In this document: positions 61,688 through 64,000 of the stretch, one piece after another
Position numbering within the stretch: position 1 is the stretch's first letter
How the letters are laid out: each line of letters begins with the position of its first letter
The notes under the pieces: model-generated
Databases searched by the model: none
What the model saw: only the letters and a program-made list of their open reading frames with translations
Told to the model about the DNA's origin: nothing
Assembly (NCBI GenBank): GCA_965237415.1
Contig: CBDEFM010000002.1
Span: 352,001 to 416,000 of the forward strand
Length of the DNA stretch: 64,000 nucleotides
Direction: 5' to 3'
DNA from: Alphaproteobacteria bacterium
Lineage (GTDB): Bacteria; Pseudomonadota; Alphaproteobacteria; UBA828
Translations under genes and position numbers: made by a program

Positions 61688-62660
61688 GACGGGGCTCCCC
61701 CGCCAGAATGCCGATGACCCCGCCGCGCGCGAACAGCACCAGCCCGACCAGGAGCGCGCCCAGCAGCAGCAACCAGTGCTCGCTCACGTCGCCGAGCGTG
61801 TGCTCCAGCACGATGTAGAGCGCGGCCCCCGCGGCGGGGCCGAACAGCCGTCTCGTGCCGCCCAGGATCACGAACACCATGATCTCGCCCGAGGTGTGCC
61901 AGGAGAGCATCGAGGGGCTGACGAAGCGGTTGAGGTCGGCGTAGAGCGCGCCGGCGAGCCCTGCCATCATGCCCGAGATCACGAAGGCGGTGAGCTTCAC
62001 GCGGAAGGGGCTGATGCCGACGGTGGCGAGCCGCTGCGTGTTCTGCCGCGCGCCGCTGAGCGCGAGCCCGAAGCGCGAGTGCGAAAGCAGGAACGAGAAG
62101 GCGATCGCAAGGCCGAGCAGCACGTAGCAGATGGCGAAGAAGCTCAAGGGATCGAGCGTGTTGAGCCCCGGAAACTCGTTCCTGATGTAGATCGAGAGTC
62201 CGTCCTCGCCGCCGTAGGCCGGCCACGAGATGGCGAAGTAGTAGACCATCTGGGCGAAGGCCAACGTGATCATGATGAAGAAGACGCCTGTGGTGCGCAG
62301 GCTGAGCGCGCCGATCACCAGCGCCGCGAGCCCGCTGACGGCGATGGCGACCGGCCAGATGATCAGCATCTGCGTCGTGCCGTTTATCAGCAGCGGCGCG
62401 GTGAAGAGCGGCTCGTAGTTGAGCGCGTGGCTTGCGAGGATGCCGGCCGCGTAGCCGCCCAGGCCGAAGAACGCCGCGTGGCCGAGCGAGACCATCCCGC
62501 CGAAGCCGAGCGCGATGTTGAGCCCGGTTCCGGCGAGCCCCAGGATCGCCACCTTCGTCGCCAGCGTGATGACGAAGGGCTCGTCGAAGGCGTTGCCGAG
62601 CAGCGGCGCGGCAAGCAGCCCCGCCGCGATCAGAAGACTGATGGCCGCTTCGCGGGTCAT
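61680..62660 (-). CDS. Branched-chain amino acid ABC permease (LivM-like)
   Basis: SLGHAAFFG, FIMITLAF, GGEDG, VILGG. Confidence 0.9.
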   Translation of the reverse strand: MTREAAISLLIAAGLLAAPLLGNAFDEPFVITLATKVAILGLAGTGLNIALGFGGMVSLGHAAFFGLGGYAAGILASHALNYEPLFTAPLLINGTTQMLIIWPVAIAVSGLAALVIGALSLRTTGVFFIMITLAFAQMVYYFAISWPAYGGEDGLSIYIRNEFPGLNTLDPLSFFAICYVLLGLAIAFSFLLSHSRFGLALSGARQNTQRLATVGISPFRVKLTAFVISGMMAGLAGALYADLNRFVSPSMLSWHTSGEIMVFVILGGTRRLFGPAAGAALYIVLEHTLGDVSEHWLLLLGALLVGLVLFARGGVIGILAGEPRHA

Positions 62661-63583
62661 CAGTGTGTCCTCGTGCCGAACAGGCCGGTCGGGCGCAGGA
62701 ACAGCACGAGCGCCATCAGGATATAGATGAGCATGGACGCGAGCGCCGAGCCGACGTTGTTGGCGCTCGACGAGTCCATGAACGTGTCGAAGAGGGCCGG
62801 CAGCAGGAAGCGCCCGAGCGTGTCGGCGAGTCCCACCAGAAGCGCGCCCACCAGCGCGCCGCCGATGGAGCCGAGCCCGCCGATGATGATGACGACGAAG
62901 GCGAGGATCAGCACCGGCTCGCCCATGCCCACCTGCACCGACTGGATCGTGCCCACCAGCGCTCCTGCGAAACCGGCCAGCGCCGCGCCGAGCGCGAACA
63001 CCGTGGTGTAGAGCTTCCTGATGTCGACGCCGAGGGCGGCGATCATCTCCCGGTCGGATTCGCCGGCCCGGATGCGGATGCCGAGGCGGGTCCGCGCGAT
63101 CAGGAGAAAGAGCCCGGCGGCGATCAGCAGCCCGATCAGGATGATCGCAAAGCGGAAGAGGGGGTAGTCGATGCCGCCGGGGAGCGCGACCGGGCCTGAG
63201 AAAACTTCGGGCACGGTGAGATAGAGCGGGAAGGAGCCGAACACCCAGCGGGTGCCCTCCGAGAACACCAGGATCAGCGCGAATGTCGCGAGCACCTGAT
63301 CGAGATGATCGCGGCGGTAGAGGCGGCGGATGACGGCGATCTCCACGATGGCGCCCGCTGCGGCGGCGGCGGCGAGGCTCGCCACGAGCCCCACCCAGTA
63401 GGAGCCGGTCGCGGCGGCGACGACGGCGCAGACGAAGGCGCCGATCATGTAGAACGAGCCGTGGGCGAGGTTGATAAGGCCCATGACGCCGAAGATCAGC
63501 GTCAACCCGGCCGCCATCAGAAAAAGCATGACGCCGAACTGCAGGCCGTTCAGCAGCTGCTCGACGATGAGCGAGACCGTCAA
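62660..63583 (-). CDS. Branched-chain amino acid ABC permease (LivH-like)
   Basis: GLTLIFGVMGLINLAHG, TRLG..IRA, IIGGLGS. Confidence 0.92.
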   Translation of the reverse strand: MTVSLIVEQLLNGLQFGVMLFLMAAGLTLIFGVMGLINLAHGSFYMIGAFVCAVVAAATGSYWVGLVASLAAAAAAGAIVEIAVIRRLYRRDHLDQVLATFALILVFSEGTRWVFGSFPLYLTVPEVFSGPVALPGGIDYPLFRFAIILIGLLIAAGLFLLIARTRLGIRIRAGESDREMIAALGVDIRKLYTTVFALGAALAGFAGALVGTIQSVQVGMGEPVLILAFVVIIIGGLGSIGGALVGALLVGLADTLGRFLLPALFDTFMDSSSANNVGSALASMLIYILMALVLFLRPTGLFGTRTH

Positions 63584-63663
63584 ATCGGCGACCCGGTCAC
63601 ACTAAGGGCCCGGTAGGAAAGGACGGGCCGCGCCAAACGGCCCGCTTCTCGTGTCGATGCAGG

Positions 63664-64000
63664 CTACATCTGGCAGTCGTCGATGTAGGCGTTGGCGTGG
63701 TCGGTCATGGCCACGCCGACGATCTTGTTGGTGAAGATATCGCCTTCCTTGATCACCTCGCGGACGTAGATGTCCTGCACCGGGTGATGGTTAGGCGCGA
63801 ACTTGAAGGCGCCGCGGGTGGACTTGAAGTCAGCCGCCTCCAGCGCCGCGCGGAAGGCATCGGCATCCGACACGCTCGCCTTGCCCATGGCCGAAATCAG
63901 CAGGTTCGCCGTGTCGAAGCCCTGGCTCGCATAGAGTGAGGGCAGGCGGCCGTATTCGGCCTGGAAGCTCTCGACGAAGGCCTTGTTGGTCGGATTGTCG
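63664..64000 (-). CDS. Branched-chain amino acid ABC substrate-binding protein, C-terminal part (runs off the window)
   Basis: NPTNKAFVESFQAEYGRLPSLYASQGFDTA..STRGAFKF..HPVQD. Confidence 0.85.
   Translation of the reverse strand, partial: DNPTNKAFVESFQAEYGRLPSLYASQGFDTANLLISAMGKASVSDADAFRAALEAADFKSTRGAFKFAPNHHPVQDIYVREVIKEGDIFTNKIVGVAMTDHANAYIDDCQM

Noticed and set aside
1-64000. CRISPR array, tRNA or rRNA genes
   Set aside because: No regularly spaced repeat-spacer units and no tRNA or rRNA signatures were seen; the 56602 repeats are too short and have no spacers

Overview
High-GC bacterial window, probably alphaproteobacterial (inferred from RpoD, CspA and REP-like sequence style). No rRNA, tRNA or CRISPR array was seen. 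The left half (about 3-36 kb) is a decayed accessory region. It holds two copies of an IS1202/ISNCY-type element with different target duplications (7 and 18 bp), an IS1595-family element carrying a DNA methyltransferase-nuclease passenger, and IS3/IS21/IS66/IS1380 remnants. Four short MITEs with clear target duplications interrupt an HNH nuclease gene, a CDF transporter, an IS21 transposase and another IS's terminal repeat. There are also broken topA, xth, recQ and integrase genes. Intact among this debris are two paralogs of an unknown ~92-aa protein with an RGRGR motif. One of them lies 4 bp upstream of a divergent full-length RpoD paralog, and this pair is the best candidate for an undescribed system. 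The right half (36-64 kb) is mostly intact metabolism: a PEP mutase-nucleotidyltransferase fusion followed by hydantoinase/oxoprolinase B and A genes (no ppd in the window), sugar-nucleotide genes, a sugar ABC/FGGY/BtpA cluster, GPP34, frameshifted puuE, an omega-aminotransferase, a Tm-1-like pair and a branched-chain amino acid ABC transporter. The window starts with a small secreted CNPC-repeat peptide and acdS.
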